From the NCBI RefSeq assembly GCF_001194135.2, contig NC_068981.1, forward strand, positions 160,331,257 through 160,369,621: DNA of 38,365 bases, in the 5' to 3' direction. Source of the DNA: Octopus bimaculoides. Taxonomy: Eukaryota. Below are positions 1-11,760 of this stretch, one piece after another. The notes below the pieces were generated by a model. That model was given only the letters and a program-made list of their open reading frames with translations, ran no database searches and had not been told where the DNA came from. Positions within the stretch are counted from its first letter, which is position 1, and each line of letters begins with the position of its first letter. The translations under genes were made by a program, and so were the position numbers.

Positions 1-374
1 AACGAAGGCCAGGTACAGAGGTTTATCCTTGGCTAGGTATTTCTCCTGCAGCTGTCTCACTAGAAATATGGCATCAGTGGTGCTTTTACCGGGCACGAAC
101 CCAAACTGCATCTCATCTAAATTGATTTGCTCCCAAATAGTTGGGCTATGACCCTCTCTGTAACTTTCATAACCTGATCTAACAGCTTGATGCCTCTGTA
201 ATTATTTGTATCTAAAGCGTCACCTTTACCTTTGTAGCAGTTGACTATGGTGCTGCTACACCAGTCATTGGGTATGACTCCTTCGTGTATCACCTGGTTC
301 GTAATACGGGTGACTAGGCTGTAGCCAACACTGCCAGATATTTTGAGCATCTCTGCAGTGATTCCTGATGGGCC
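1..374 (-). mobile_element. RTE-type LINE fragment, N-terminal part of the reverse transcriptase
   Basis: Minus strand reads GPSGITAEMLK...IPNDWCSSTIVNCYKGKGDALDTNNYRGIKLLDQVMKVTERVI, then across a frameshift INLDEMQFGFVPGKSTTDAIFLVRQLQEKYLAKDKPLYLAFV. These are typical non-LTR RT motifs. Runs off the left edge. Confidence 0.92.
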
Positions 375-469
375 GATACACACATACATGTATATATATA
401 TATATATACACATATATATACATATATGTATGTATATATACATATATGTATGTATATTTACATATATGT
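375..469. repeat. (TA)n/(TACA)n compound microsatellite
   Basis: Directly visible. Confidence 0.95.
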
Positions 470-512
470 AAATTTTTTTTTTTTCTCCGTGTTTTTCTCC
501 TTGTCTCCGTAT

Positions 513-549
513 TCTTTCTGTTGAAGAGCGTAGCTCGAAACGTCAAAGA
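513..549 (+). ncRNA. Minimal type-I hammerhead-ribozyme-like motif (A6U core variant)
   Basis: tcttt|CTGTTGA|a|gagc-gta-gctc|GAAAC GTC|aaaga. Helix I is tcttt/aaaga, helix II is 4 bp, helix III is the palindrome ACGT, and the triplet is GUC. Confidence 0.6.
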
Positions 550-640
550 CTTTCCGTATTCCCGAGTGTCATACTAATACATCCTTTTGTTATTTACACC
601 ACCTGTCCTCGTCTGTTGTTGTTTTTTCGTATATTCTCCC

Positions 641-674
<34 letters not shown>

Positions 675-679
675 ATATG

Positions 680-1629
680 TACAACATGGACAACATGCAG
701 GAGCCATACATGGAGGCTATGGCTTTGGTTCCCGCAATGAGGAGGGAACCAGACTGCTAGTGTTCTGCGATGCAATGATCTTATGGTTTGCAATACCAAC
801 TTCAGGAAACCTGCCTGTCACCTACCGTTCTGGCAGACACACTAGCCAAATTGACTACATCCTTGCCAGATAAAGGGAAAGAGGGCTGCTTATAAATGCC
901 AAAACCTTCCCAGGCGAAGAATGTACCCCTTACCATAGATTAGTAGTTAGCGACTTCGGGATCAGGGCTAAATGGATGCCCAGAAGACGACCAGCTTGGA
1001 GGATAAGGGTCTGGAAGCTTAAAGATCTTGCAAATGGACAGAGATTTAGAGACATATTACTTGAAGCCTTTGACGAAATAGAAAGGGATATAGCATCACA
1101 TGATGTGGAAGACAACTGGAGGTTTCTACGGGACAACCTGCTGAGAGCCACTGACCAGATCTGTGGATGGTGCAAAGTCCCCTCTCGACCCAAGGTAACA
1201 TGGTGGTGGAATAATGTGGTTGCCAGGGCTATTAGACAAAAGAAACAGGCTTGGAAGAACGGAGGTAGCAGGGAATTGTATCAGACTGCCAGAAGGGAAG
1301 CTAGGAGACAGGTTTATTTAGCCAGAGGGGAAGTAGATAAGAAAAAATTTGCCAATGTTCTGTGCCATGAGGACCAAAGTATTTCGTGCTGCAAGACAGT
1401 GTATAAGAGAGAATCATGATGTTGTAGGAGAGAAATGTGTCCGCATGGATGATGGTTCACTTGCACTAAACGAGGCTGCAAAGAGAGAGGTTTGGAGGCA
1501 CCACTATGAAAGGTTGCTCAATAAAGAGAATGAATGGGAGAAGAGAGTCTGCTGAATGTCAACCCAACAGAGGAACCAGCTATCCGAATTGACAGTACCT
1601 TGGTAGATAAAACAATTAAGAGTATGAAG
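680..1629 (+). mobile_element. RTE-type LINE fragment: C-terminal APE endonuclease plus linker
   Basis: HGGYGFGSRNEEGTRLL.FCD, YRSGRHTSQIDYILAR, RLVVSDF, RVWKLKD, TWWWNNVV...IKSMK, with frameshifts and stops. Confidence 0.9.
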
Positions 1630-1790
1630 CAGTGCTTGGAAGGAAGTTGTGTAGTGTGTGATCGTTGCATCAACCATGACAGAGAAAGTTGAGCTGAGAA
1701 TCTGCATCAAATTTTGACAAGAGCTTGGTGATACCTGCTCAGAGGCTTACACAAAGTTTTCAAAAAGTTTTCATCATTCTCGACACAGTC
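1630..1790 (+). mobile_element. mariner-family 5' fragment (leader plus transposase N-terminus)
   Basis: MTEKVELRICIKF*QELGDTCSEAYTKF. Homologous to the reverse complement of about 2480-2600. Confidence 0.75.
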
Positions 1791-1806
1791 AAAGACAAAT
1801 TGAGAG

Positions 1807-2086
1807 TATGTCGTCAACTTAATGTGACAGTCCCATAAAAGGGAAGAATACTACTGTTATTTAGCCCTAGGAAACACCGTTTCCTCTTGGACTTGACACA
1901 TTTCCTGTGTCCAGACTGATAATGAGCAATGACTCTGAAACTAGTATCTGGATGCTGGCTTTGCTAGGTGGAGGTGCTTATCTCCACTTTGAAAACATAA
2001 GGACATAGGAAATGTGTCAAGTCCAACAGGAAATAACAGTAGCACTCTTCCCTTTTATGGAACTGTCACATTAAGTTGACAACATA
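1807..2086. mobile_element. MITE-like foldback element with ~85-bp imperfect terminal inverted repeats
   Basis: 1807-1912 matches the reverse complement of 2001-2086, apart from a few substitutions and a 20-nt insertion (1861-1880) in the left arm. Confidence 0.8.
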
Positions 2087-2146
2087 GTATCACTTTATCA
2101 TGCTGTTACTGCATAAATCTCTCTGAGAGATTTAGAAATATATCAT

Positions 2147-2735
2147 TTCTACAATCAAACATATCTTGTGCCACTGAAACCCAAGTGGTCAGCTGAAAGC
2201 AGTTTTGGCACAAACTTGGCAGACATGCATCTCATACCCAAATCTTCAGTAATAATGGACTGAACTGAACCGTAACAAACCTGCGCATACTCTGATAACT
2301 CTCGGATGGTGATTTGATGATTTCTCCTCACAGCTGCATGCACATCAGCAATGATTTTTTCAGTTCTGCTGGTTGCCGGTCTTCTGGAACATTTATCAAT
2401 GTCGACATTTTTTCAGCCATCTTGGAAACATCTTAACCACTCGTACACTTGTGTGTGGCTCATACACTCCTCTTCATACACTTTCTGCAACTTTGCGTAG
2501 GCCTCTGAGCAGGTATTGCCATGACAACTTTCTTTGTCTTAGTTAATGCAACAATCACACACTACGCACCTTCCTTTCAAACACTGTTGTAAACAGCAGA
2601 AGTGAGCTAGATCATTAAAACTTAGAGTGCTTGCACAGCAGAGTTCAAGGTTAATCTTTGCCAAGTAGCTTTACTCTGCATGCTTTAGCTTTGTTACTAT
2701 AACAACAGTCCGGATACTTATTGATCAGACCTCAT
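2147..2735 (-). mobile_element. mariner transposon, 5' half with left TIR
   Basis: TIR-like GAGGTCTGATCAATAAGTATCCGGACT on the minus strand at about 2707-2734. Protein VHAAVRRNHQITIRELSEYAQVCYGSVQSIITEDLGMRCMSAKFVPKLLSAD is the mariner HTH/(W)VP(K)L region. Confidence 0.88.
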
Positions 2736-2739
2736 TCAT

Positions 2740-2779
2740 ACATACATGTATATATAAAACACATTATGTATATTATATA

Positions 2780-2854
<75 letters not shown>

Positions 2855-2855
2855 T
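2740..2855. repeat. (TA)n microsatellite
   Basis: Directly visible. Confidence 0.95.
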
Positions 2856-4129
2856 TGTGTGTTATGCATTGAGTCTCATGATATATTACTCACTGTGCAC
2901 AGTATAACCATATTCTAGAAAATCTCTGTCTGTGTATGTATGTACATATAACAAATAAAGGAATGAAGATATTGGTATCACATTATCTGGTTACAGTCAT
3001 TTCAATAACAGGGTGGAGGTAGATAAACCTTTCAACATGCTGGAACAAAAATATACTATGGTTATGCTATTTCATTTAATATTAAATGAAATCCATCCTT
3101 TCAGAGACACCTTCAGTGATGCAATATATTTGCACATGGATAGGCATGCTTCTAAATGCAATCAGTGTATAGGGCTTATAATATTGTAGTGAGAAATAAC
3201 CATATTGACATACCTAGGGAATTGAACAGAGTAAAGGGATTGAACTGCCAGAAAGTCATGTACACTATTAGATAAAATTAATTGTGATACCAAAGCCAGT
3301 AGATTAAGTGAGATAAATAATAGATAGTGTAATAGGTTGTCTGAGCAAAGAGGAAGGTATTCAAATTTGGATAGCAGTAAACACAATGATATTCAGAGAG
3401 GCCCTAATTAGCAATAAGGGTGGGCCAAGAATAAAATCAAAGAAACAATAATGATGAGGAAAAGAAAAAAGGAGAGAATGAAGGAAAGAAAAGAAATATA
3501 AAATGTACAATTAATGGAGCTGATGAAATATCAAGTTAAATCATAGTCAAAATGTAATAATACATTAATATAAAAATATAGTGAAATGAAATAATAATAG
3601 GATTTCAAGTGCTTCCATGTAACCTAAATTGTTTCTATCCTCAGCCCCTGCATAACAAAGTACTGTTCATATAATTGACTATTAAATAGAATAATCAATA
3701 TTTCTGATGTTAAGGTTCAAAATATATATTTTGCTAGTAATATATTACAAAATTTGCACATTTTGTTGCAGGAATGGATAGGACTATTGTGTCTCAGTTT
3801 GGACTTTAACATTCGAGAACCAATGTAGTATGCTTTACTGAGTGACTGGATGAAACATTTGAATACCATTTTTTTTTTCAGAGGCATTGGTGGCTCAAAA
3901 GACAATTGCATCAATCCCTACAGTTACACATATTAAGAGGTTTACTAAATAACAATCAACGGTACTATTATTGTTAGATCAAGATGTATTATTAACAGAG
4001 AAGCTATAAATAAATTTCTTGGATAATTTGACTTGTATACCAAACTTTTAATATTACTTAATTTCATATGAATCGCCTAGATTCCACTAATCCTTTTTTT
4101 ATTTATTATATATATTTATGAGTATGTGT

Positions 4130-4202
4130 GTATATATGTGTGTGTGTGTATACATACACACAGATAGATATAAATTTATAAATTTGTAATATACCATTCT
4201 TA

Positions 4203-4260
<58 letters not shown>
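4130..4260. repeat. (TG)n/(TA)n microsatellites
   Basis: Directly visible. Confidence 0.95.
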
Positions 4261-4262
<2 letters not shown>

Positions 4263-4499
4263 TATTATAATTCCACATGTTTTCTATGCTGGCAAACAAT
4301 GTGTCAGTGTCACTTTTGGCATGGCTTATATGACTGGATGCCCTTCTTAACACCAGCCACTCTACAGTGCATACTGGGCGTTTGTTTTGTTTTCTTTGTT
4401 TTTTGTTCTACTGGCACTAGTGAGGTTGCTAAGAAATTTGCAAGGCCTCTCCCTTCCTACATATCCAGAGTCCTGTCCATTTTCTTGCTTACTCGAACC

Positions 4500-5905
4500 T
4501 TAGTCTTTGCTAAGTGAACATTTAGCCACTTCAATTCCAGATTTTACTTTCCCACCTGGAATTTCTTTTCTAGTTCTGTTACAGAATTTGCTATGAGAGC
4601 AGGATCATCAGCATATAGTAGTTCCCAAGGGCAGCCAGTGTCTAATTCCTCTGTTATGGCCTGGAAGATGAACAGGAAAGGACTGAGAATGAAACTCTGA
4701 TGAATGCCAACTTGTACTCTAAATTCATCACTGTACTCATGATTAACTCTCACCTTGCTGACAGAATCTCTGTAAAGTACAATGGTTTATTCTTAGCCAG
4801 ATACTTCTCCTGTAGATGTCTGACTATAAAGATCACATCAGTAGTACTTCTCCCTTCCACCAATTAAATTGCATTTCATCTAATCTGGTTTTGTTCTTAA
4901 TTAATTGGGCTATACCTCTTTCCATAACTTTCATGACCTGGTCCAGCAATTTGATTCCTCTGTAATTACTTCTATCTAAGGCATCTCTCTTATCCTTGTA
5001 GCAGCTGACTATAATGCTGTTACATAAGTCATTGGGGATGATACATTCCTGAATAACTTGATTAACTATATGGGTGACTAGACTGTATCCTACTCTGCCA
5101 GATGTTTTAAGCATCAGAACAGTAAATCCTGATGGACCAGGTCCTTAACCTGTCTTCATATCCTTAACTGCCCTAGCTATCATACTGCTGTCAACGCAAA
5201 TAGCCAGTCTCTCTGTTGGGTTCCCTTTCTCCCATTCATTCTTCACATTTAATAGCCTTTCATAGTTGCACTTCTACATCTCTTTCTTTTTGGAGTCACT
5301 GAATGCAAGCATACTATTATCCATCCATTCACACTTCTCTCCCTCAACATCTCAATTGTCTCTGTAAGAACTTCCACTTGTCCTCTTCATTAAACATCAC
5401 AACCTCTTCCTCTTTCTCATCAAATGCTTTAATCAGAACGTCTCTAAATCTCTGGCTGTTTGATGGATCTTTTAGCTCCCATTACTTCCTTTTCCAAACT
5501 GGTTTGCATCTCTGTGTCCATCTAGCCCTAAATCTGAAGTCACTAACCACTAACTTGTGATGAGTTGTACATTGGAAAGGACTGCATTTATGAGCATCTG
5601 TCTATTCCTGTTTCTGATGGGAATGTGCTCAATCTGGCTTGAGTGCCCACCAGACTGACAAGTGATTAGATGGCTGGCTGGCTGGTTGACTGGACTCCTG
5701 AAGTTAATGTTGCAGACCAGCAAGTCATTTGCAACACAGAACTCCAAGAGCCTTGTTCCCTTCTCTTTTCTTGTGCCAAAGTCAAAACCGCCATACACAT
5801 CATAAAATCTATTGGCATGTTACTCAACATAACTGTTGAAGTTTCTGTAGAAAAGACTCATCGAAACAGTCCTGTCCATCTGCTAGTCCTATATATGGAG
5901 CACAT
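4500..5905 (-). mobile_element. Degenerate, internally deleted RTE-type LINE (EN, linker, RT)
   Basis: YGGFDFGTRKEKGTRLLEFCVANDLLVCN, SGGHSSQIEHI, YRGIKLLDQVMKVMER, VQVGIHQ..LSPFLF, CPWELLYADD. Same family as 1-374 and 680-1629. Confidence 0.9.
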
Positions 5906-5946
5906 TTAGAGATAAATATCACTGTTACATTATACTAGACTATTCT

Positions 5947-5949
<3 letters not shown>

Positions 5950-5978
<29 letters not shown>

Positions 5979-6002
5979 GATATATATATATATGTTCTTT
6001 TT

Positions 6003-6052
<50 letters not shown>
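5950..6052. repeat. (TA)n microsatellite
   Basis: Directly visible. Confidence 0.95.
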
Positions 6053-6053
<1 letters not shown>

Positions 6054-6079
6054 GGCATAATTATATGTATATGTGTATA

Positions 6080-6284
6080 CAAAGAGGTGCTGAAAAGTTC
6101 CTGGCTTTGAGTAAAAGAAAATACAGGAAGATTAATGATTTTAGTTCACATATTCTCTTCTCAGATACACACACTGCAGTGGTCCTTCAGTTTTGCTAAG
6201 TCCTGTAAAAGAACTCAGAAGATTGGGCCTCCTGCCAGGCCTTTCATGATCCCCTTAAAACCAGAAACTTTTCATGACCCCTAC
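6080..6284. mobile_element. mariner-derived MITE (~200 bp)
   Basis: Left end gaggtgctgaaaagttcctggctttgag. The right end reverse-complements to ggggtcatgaaaagtttctggttttaagg. These form an imperfect ~30-bp mariner-like TIR pair with no ORF between. Confidence 0.65.
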
Positions 6285-7019
6285 AAATATATATTTACAT
6301 GACATAATTATCTATATATATGTATAAATTTTTATTTTTTAATGAATGATACTTTAAAATGATGGTGATATGCATGTACATGTGTGTGTGTGTGTGTAAT
6401 AGTTTAATTGCTTCAGATATAACTTTCCTCTTTCTGTGTATGCAAAGCTCATCAAAAGCAGTGCTACTCAGAAACAAGTGTAATATTATAGAATCTACCA
6501 GATTGTATGAGGTTTAAATGAGAGCACTCTCCATTAAGTTAGTAAGTTACTAGAAAACCACACTATTCATTGACAGTTTCTATTACCTATGCTATGAATG
6601 ATGACTACTTTTGAAAAGAACTATGCTGAAACTGGTTTTTCATAGATGCATCAACTTAAAACTGCATTCCATAAATTTGATATCACATTGTACATGAAAA
6701 ATATTAAAATTTTTATTATAAATACTTCAAATGATTCAATCTGCAGAGAATTAAATAAGAGAAGCTGTTTTATATAACTTATATAATTTATATTTTATTC
6801 AAGCAATAAAAAAAGCATCTTTATTCAATTCTTGAAGAATCTCCAAGTATTGTAATATGACATGAGTGGTGCCCTCAAAAATAGCAGCAATTCCCACAGA
6901 TATTAATAGTTATTCATATTCAGGATGTATGTCAAAGAATACTATAGAAGTTTACAATGTTTACTCTCCACATTTTAGTTATAATATGAATAATTTTTTC
7001 TCACTCTGTAAACTTCTTC

Positions 7020-9010
7020 AGTTTTATTAACATATTTTTACAGAAAGAAATGAAAGAAAAAACATTAAAAGTATAAAAGTTCAAATTATCAAGGAAAAAA
7101 AAACCTATAACTACCTCATCAAGGAAATATAGGGAAAAAAATGGTGGGGGAATTAAGTAGCAGATAGTGGGAAGGGAGTAACGGCTTGTACACTCCAAAA
7201 CAAATGGCACGTTTAGATATGCCTTACAGATACTGCAAAATGGCCAGCGACATTTGCTGCAACAGCTACCCCACCTCACATGGCTCATTTCTCTGACGGG
7301 CCATAGTTATCCTGGTTTTGTGGAGGAAATCAGCAGTGTGGAATCTGAGAGCACGTGAGGTCTTGGTGGCAACCAGCATAAACTGATAGCAGCCAGTCAG
7401 GCTCCTGTATTTATTTATCTTTCTCTCCTCTGCATTACAGGTGGTGATACCCTGGTTTGTGGTTGATGCAGCAAGGTTGGGGCCAGAGAACATGTTGCAG
7501 CACATTGCATTCCAAATTATTGATCTACTTCCCACATATGAAAAGAAGGTCATTCTGTCGGGGCACTTGACATCCCTGCAGTCAAGACCTACTGGCTCCA
7601 GTTGTGATAGGATGCCAGCTGCATCAAGGCCCCTTCTAATTATGTCATTCAGAGTTGGGTGTCAGGGGAACCAGCCTATACTTTGACTGAAGGATAATGG
7701 ATGCAGGCCGAATTCATCTACTATCACTCCACAGTAGTACTTGTCTGGCACACACATGCAGAGACCAAGGCACTTGGCCACTTCAGTACAAGTACACTCA
7801 TCATCAAGAATAGTACTGGTTGATGAGGAAGGCACCAAATTAAGCCACATGCCACTGTTTGGCTGTGAAGTAGAATGGAGGCAGGCAAGGTGGTGCTGAT
7901 CGAAGACTGTCTCAATCCACTCAATGGCAGATTTGCATTTGATGTCCCAGTTGCATTGGACATCTGTATTCTGGGGGATAGCAAGGCCTTCAACAGTCCA
8001 ATTGGCTAGGGCTGACTCCAGTTCCTGGACCACATCAAGTTCAGCTATCCTGTGGAGTACCTTGCTGAAGAGGGTATGGCTGTAGAAGATTGAAGAAAGA
8101 TAGGCTGGCAGAGTCAGGTCCAATGTGGAACAGAAACCAAGGTCTTCAAATTTAGCTGGTAGTTTAGCCTGTTGCCAGTTGGTGCTGTCAAAACTGACAT
8201 TGTAGATCAGTTCAGCACAATATAACAGAGACAGTCTGTGAGAGGGTGGCATGGCACACTGTATTGCAAGAAAAGGAGCTTAGATAGGGCAATTCCTGAA
8301 GAGAAAGAGCACATGTCAATGAGGTGCAATCTCTGTCAACCCATGCAAGTTTGCAAGCTTGGTCTCCAGGCACTCTGCTATGGCTTTTGGGAGGATTGTG
8401 GGGCCAAGAATGCTGATGGCATCCCTTAGTGCCAGCTGAGCAGCTACCGAGACACGTTGGGTACCAAGTACTGTATCCTGGAATTCTGCTTCACCATAGC
8501 TCACGTTTATCATCAGCTTTAGAGCTGAGGTGACCTGCTAAAGGACCCCAACTTCAGACTCAGCTGAGCCACCCATGGCTACATTATCTTAGGTACCAGA
8601 CATTGAAGGGTCAGTAGACCATTTGGACATCATTGACAGCCATTGCAAAATGGAGGGAACCTAGTGAGTGTAATGAGGGAGCATGTCTTAGACATGTCTC
8701 AAAGATGTGGTCTTGCCTAATGTTGTTGAAGGTGTTTCTTTTATATCCAGCTACAGCAGGAGACTGGGTGACAAAGGAGGTGTATGTAGTGTCTGGCCAC
8801 ATGGGCAACTGACTCACATCCACACTTGACTCCCACCCCTAGCAAGACAGGGTTTAGTGCCTTGCTCTGATGATCCCTGACTGATCTACATGCTATCCTG
8901 GCTGCAAGCCATCAAAAGACATTGCCCACCACTATCTTATGGATGCCTCCATCCTTCTTCAGCACAACCCTTTCAATATTTTGTTCTTTAAAGAAGTTGG
9001 AGTTTTGGCC
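7020..9010 (-). mobile_element. CRE-clade-like non-LTR retrotransposon (RT plus restriction-like endonuclease), degenerate and 5'-truncated
   Basis: RT: LKKDGGIHKIVVGNVF*WLAA, LGVGVKCGCESVAHVAR, NTFNNIRQD, LGSLHFAMAV. Post-RT: WQQAKLPAKFEDLG, SGMWLNLVPSS. Zn-knuckle/RLE: CGVIVDEFGLHPLS, EERKINKY, LLQQMSLAILQ. Confidence 0.8.
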
Positions 9011-9362
9011 CTCTTTGTTAGTTTTTCAACTGAACACGATGATAAAAAAATATGTTAGTGGAACATTAAAGCATATAATTTCAGTACAGATAGAAAAGAA
9101 AATAAAGTAAAAGCTTATAAACTTCTCCAACATAAGATAATTCTGTTTACCTTTGATGTTTATGCATATATTTCCCTATATGTCTGAATATGTGTACATG
9201 TGCTTGTGTATGTGTGTTAGTGTGCCTGTGTATTTTATTTGAACCAGAGACTGATTTTTGTAGGATAAATCTTGAAGACATAAGAATTCAAGGGGGAAAA
9301 TCTTCAAGTCTTTTTGTTATAATCATCAATGTAATACACACATGTCTGTGTGTGTGTGTGTA

Positions 9363-10350
9363 GCCTTAGGGTTAACCTAGCAAAAACCAAAGTCTTAGTA
9401 AGTAGGAAGGCTGTCAAATGACAAACCCCTTCTGGTAGATGACCCTGCTCAATCTGTAGAAAAGGCATAGGTAGAAACTCCATACGATGTACCCAATGTA
9501 AGCTATGGACACATGAAAGGTGCAGCAATATCAAAGGAAGGTTAACTGGGAAGATAGTTTTTGTGTGTGGCAGTGAACACTGAAGTTGTACAGAAAACAG
9601 ATTGCATCACATGCCAGGAGGAGAAACTAGAAGTAGTTAATAGCTTCCGCTACCTAGGCGACCAAATCTGTAATGGGGTTGTTGCTCTGAGAGTGTAGCA
9701 GCTAGAATAAGAACGGCCTGGGAAAACTTCAGTGAGCTCCTACCTCTGCTGGCAACTAAGGGTCTCTCGCTCAGGATGAAAAGTACACTGTATGATGCAT
9801 GTGTGAGAACTGCCATACTATATGGCAGTGAAACATGGGCCATGACTGCTGAGGATATGCGTAGGCTTGAAAGAAATGAAGCTAGTATGATCCACTGGAT
9901 ATGTAATGTCAGTGTGCATACACGACAGAGTGTAAGCTCCCTGAGCGAAAAGTTGCGCATCAGAAGCATCAAATGTGGTGTGCAAGAGAGGCAACTGCAC
10001 TGGTATGGTCATGTGTTACATATGGATGAGAACAGCTGTGTGAGGAAGTACCACTCCTTAACTGTGGAAGGAACCTGTGGAAGAGTTATACCCAGGAAGA
10101 CATGGGATGAGGTGGTGAAGCATGACGTTCGAACATTGGGCCTCACAGAGGCAATGACAGGAGACCAAGACATTTGGAGATATGCTGTAATTCAGAAGAC
10201 CCAGCAACTAAAGTGAGATCGCAGCCATGCATGTCCAGCCCAGTTAAGAGTACCCCTGATGCGTCAGGTGATATGATATGCTTGAGAAGACTTGTTGAGT
10301 CAAGTAAAACTAAAATCATAGCTGTGACCAGTACCCCTTGACTGGCTCCC
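9363..10350 (+). mobile_element. RTE-type LINE 3' fragment (end of ORF2 and start of 3' UTR)
   Basis: VNLAKTKVL, EVVNSFRYLGDQI, LYDACVRTAILYGSETWAMTAEDMRRLERNEASMIHWIC, RQLHWYGHV, PRKTWDEVV. Stop at 10216. Confidence 0.92.
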
Positions 10351-11395
10351 ATATCGGTGGAGGATATTGACTCCTTACTTTTTTTTTAAATGCACCATAA
10401 ATGTTCAGTAATATTGAGATCTGGGGATAGCCAGATAAGATGTTCAACTTGACTAGAATGTTCCACATGCCATTCAATAACAACTTTAGCTGTGTGAATT
10501 GGTGCATTATCATCCTGAAAGATTGTGTTTCTCTCCAGAAACAGTTCTGCAATCATAGGATAAAACTGAGATAAAATACTTAAATAGTCTTGACTATTAA
10601 TTCTGCCATGAAGGGAAACCTTTGGGCTGGTAGATGTCCAAGATATAGCCCCCCCCCCCCCGATCATCACAGATGTTTAACAGTTGGAAGAAGGCAGTCT
10701 GAGTCAAATGCGTCTTTTGGCTGTCTCCACTCGTATACTTGGCTGGTGGTTGGAAATAAGGTAAAGGATGACTCATTCGAGAAAATAACATTTTTCCATT
10801 GCTCTAGGGACCAAATCTGTAGGTTTTTACTCCACTCAAAATGCTTTGCAACGTTTGTTTTTATAAGTAGTGGTTTTCTGATTGCAGCCCTCTCATGAAA
10901 TCCAGCTCTGTACAGCTCCCGGTGAACAATTTTTGTGGAAGCTGGGTTCTCGAGGTGGTCATTAAGCTCTGCAGTAATTTTGGGAGCTGTACTTTTGTGA
11001 TCTTTTCTAGCAATTCATGTAAGAGTCCGACGGTTCCTATTTGAAAGTTTTGGTTTTCTTTCATCAAGGTTTTGCCCTCTTTCTCAAAGGCTGTCATTAC
11101 CTTCAAGACACTACTTCTTGATACACCAAACATTTTGGCTGTTTTCGTTATACTAGCGCCTGCCATACGAGCACCAACAATTTGACCTCTTTGAAACCCG
11201 ATAGATCTGTCATTTTAATGAATTTTAATTACATTTTTCTGATGATAGCTGGAAAAAAAACAGCAATTTTAGCAAAACATATTAAGCAACACTAATAATA
11301 AATCAAAAAACATAAAAATAAACATGCTTTTGACAGTTTTATAGATATTTCAAAATTATGATGCTAGGTGTTTCCATTATTTTGTCCAACCCCTG
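10351..11395 (-). mobile_element. Tc1-family (DD34E-type) transposon, degenerate and 3'-truncated
   Basis: Left TIR CAGGGGTTGGACAAAATAATGGAAACAC next to TA at 11396-11397. Protein: GARMAGASITKTAKMFGVSRSSV, VIFS(N)ESSF, IFQDDNAPIH, SPDLNITEHLW. Confidence 0.92.
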
Positions 11396-11400
11396 TATAT

Positions 11401-11760
11401 AGGTGCAGGCGTGGCTGTGTGGTAAGCATCTTGCTTCCCAACCACATGTTCCTGGGTTCAGTCCCACTGCGTGGCACCTTGGGCAAGTGTCTTATTGCTG
11501 TAGTCTCAGGCCAACCAAAGCTGTGTGAGTAGATTTGGTTGACAGAAACTGAAAGAAGCCTGTCGTATATATAAATATGTATATATTTGTGTGTTGGTGT
11601 TTGCCCCTTGGCATCGCTTGACAACCAATGCTGGCATGTTTATGTCCCTGTAACTTAGTGGTTTGGCAAAAGAAACCAATAGAATAAGTACTAGGCTTTT
11701 AAAAAATAAGTCCTGGGGCCGATCATGGCTGCAGTCAAATGACTGAAACAAGTAAAAGAA
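11401..11760 (+). mobile_element. tRNA-derived SINE, family A (near full length)
   Basis: A-box-like tggctgtgtggtaag, B-box-like gggttcagtccc, internal TA-rich tract, tail gactgaaacaagtaaaaga. Many related copies in the window. Confidence 0.85.

Noticed and set aside
3772-3961. Plus-strand exon-like pieces EWIGLLCLSLDFNIREP and RHWWLKRQLHQSLQLHILRGLLNNNQR
   Set aside because: The phases are incompatible, the implied intron is only about 55 nt, and the donors are weak.
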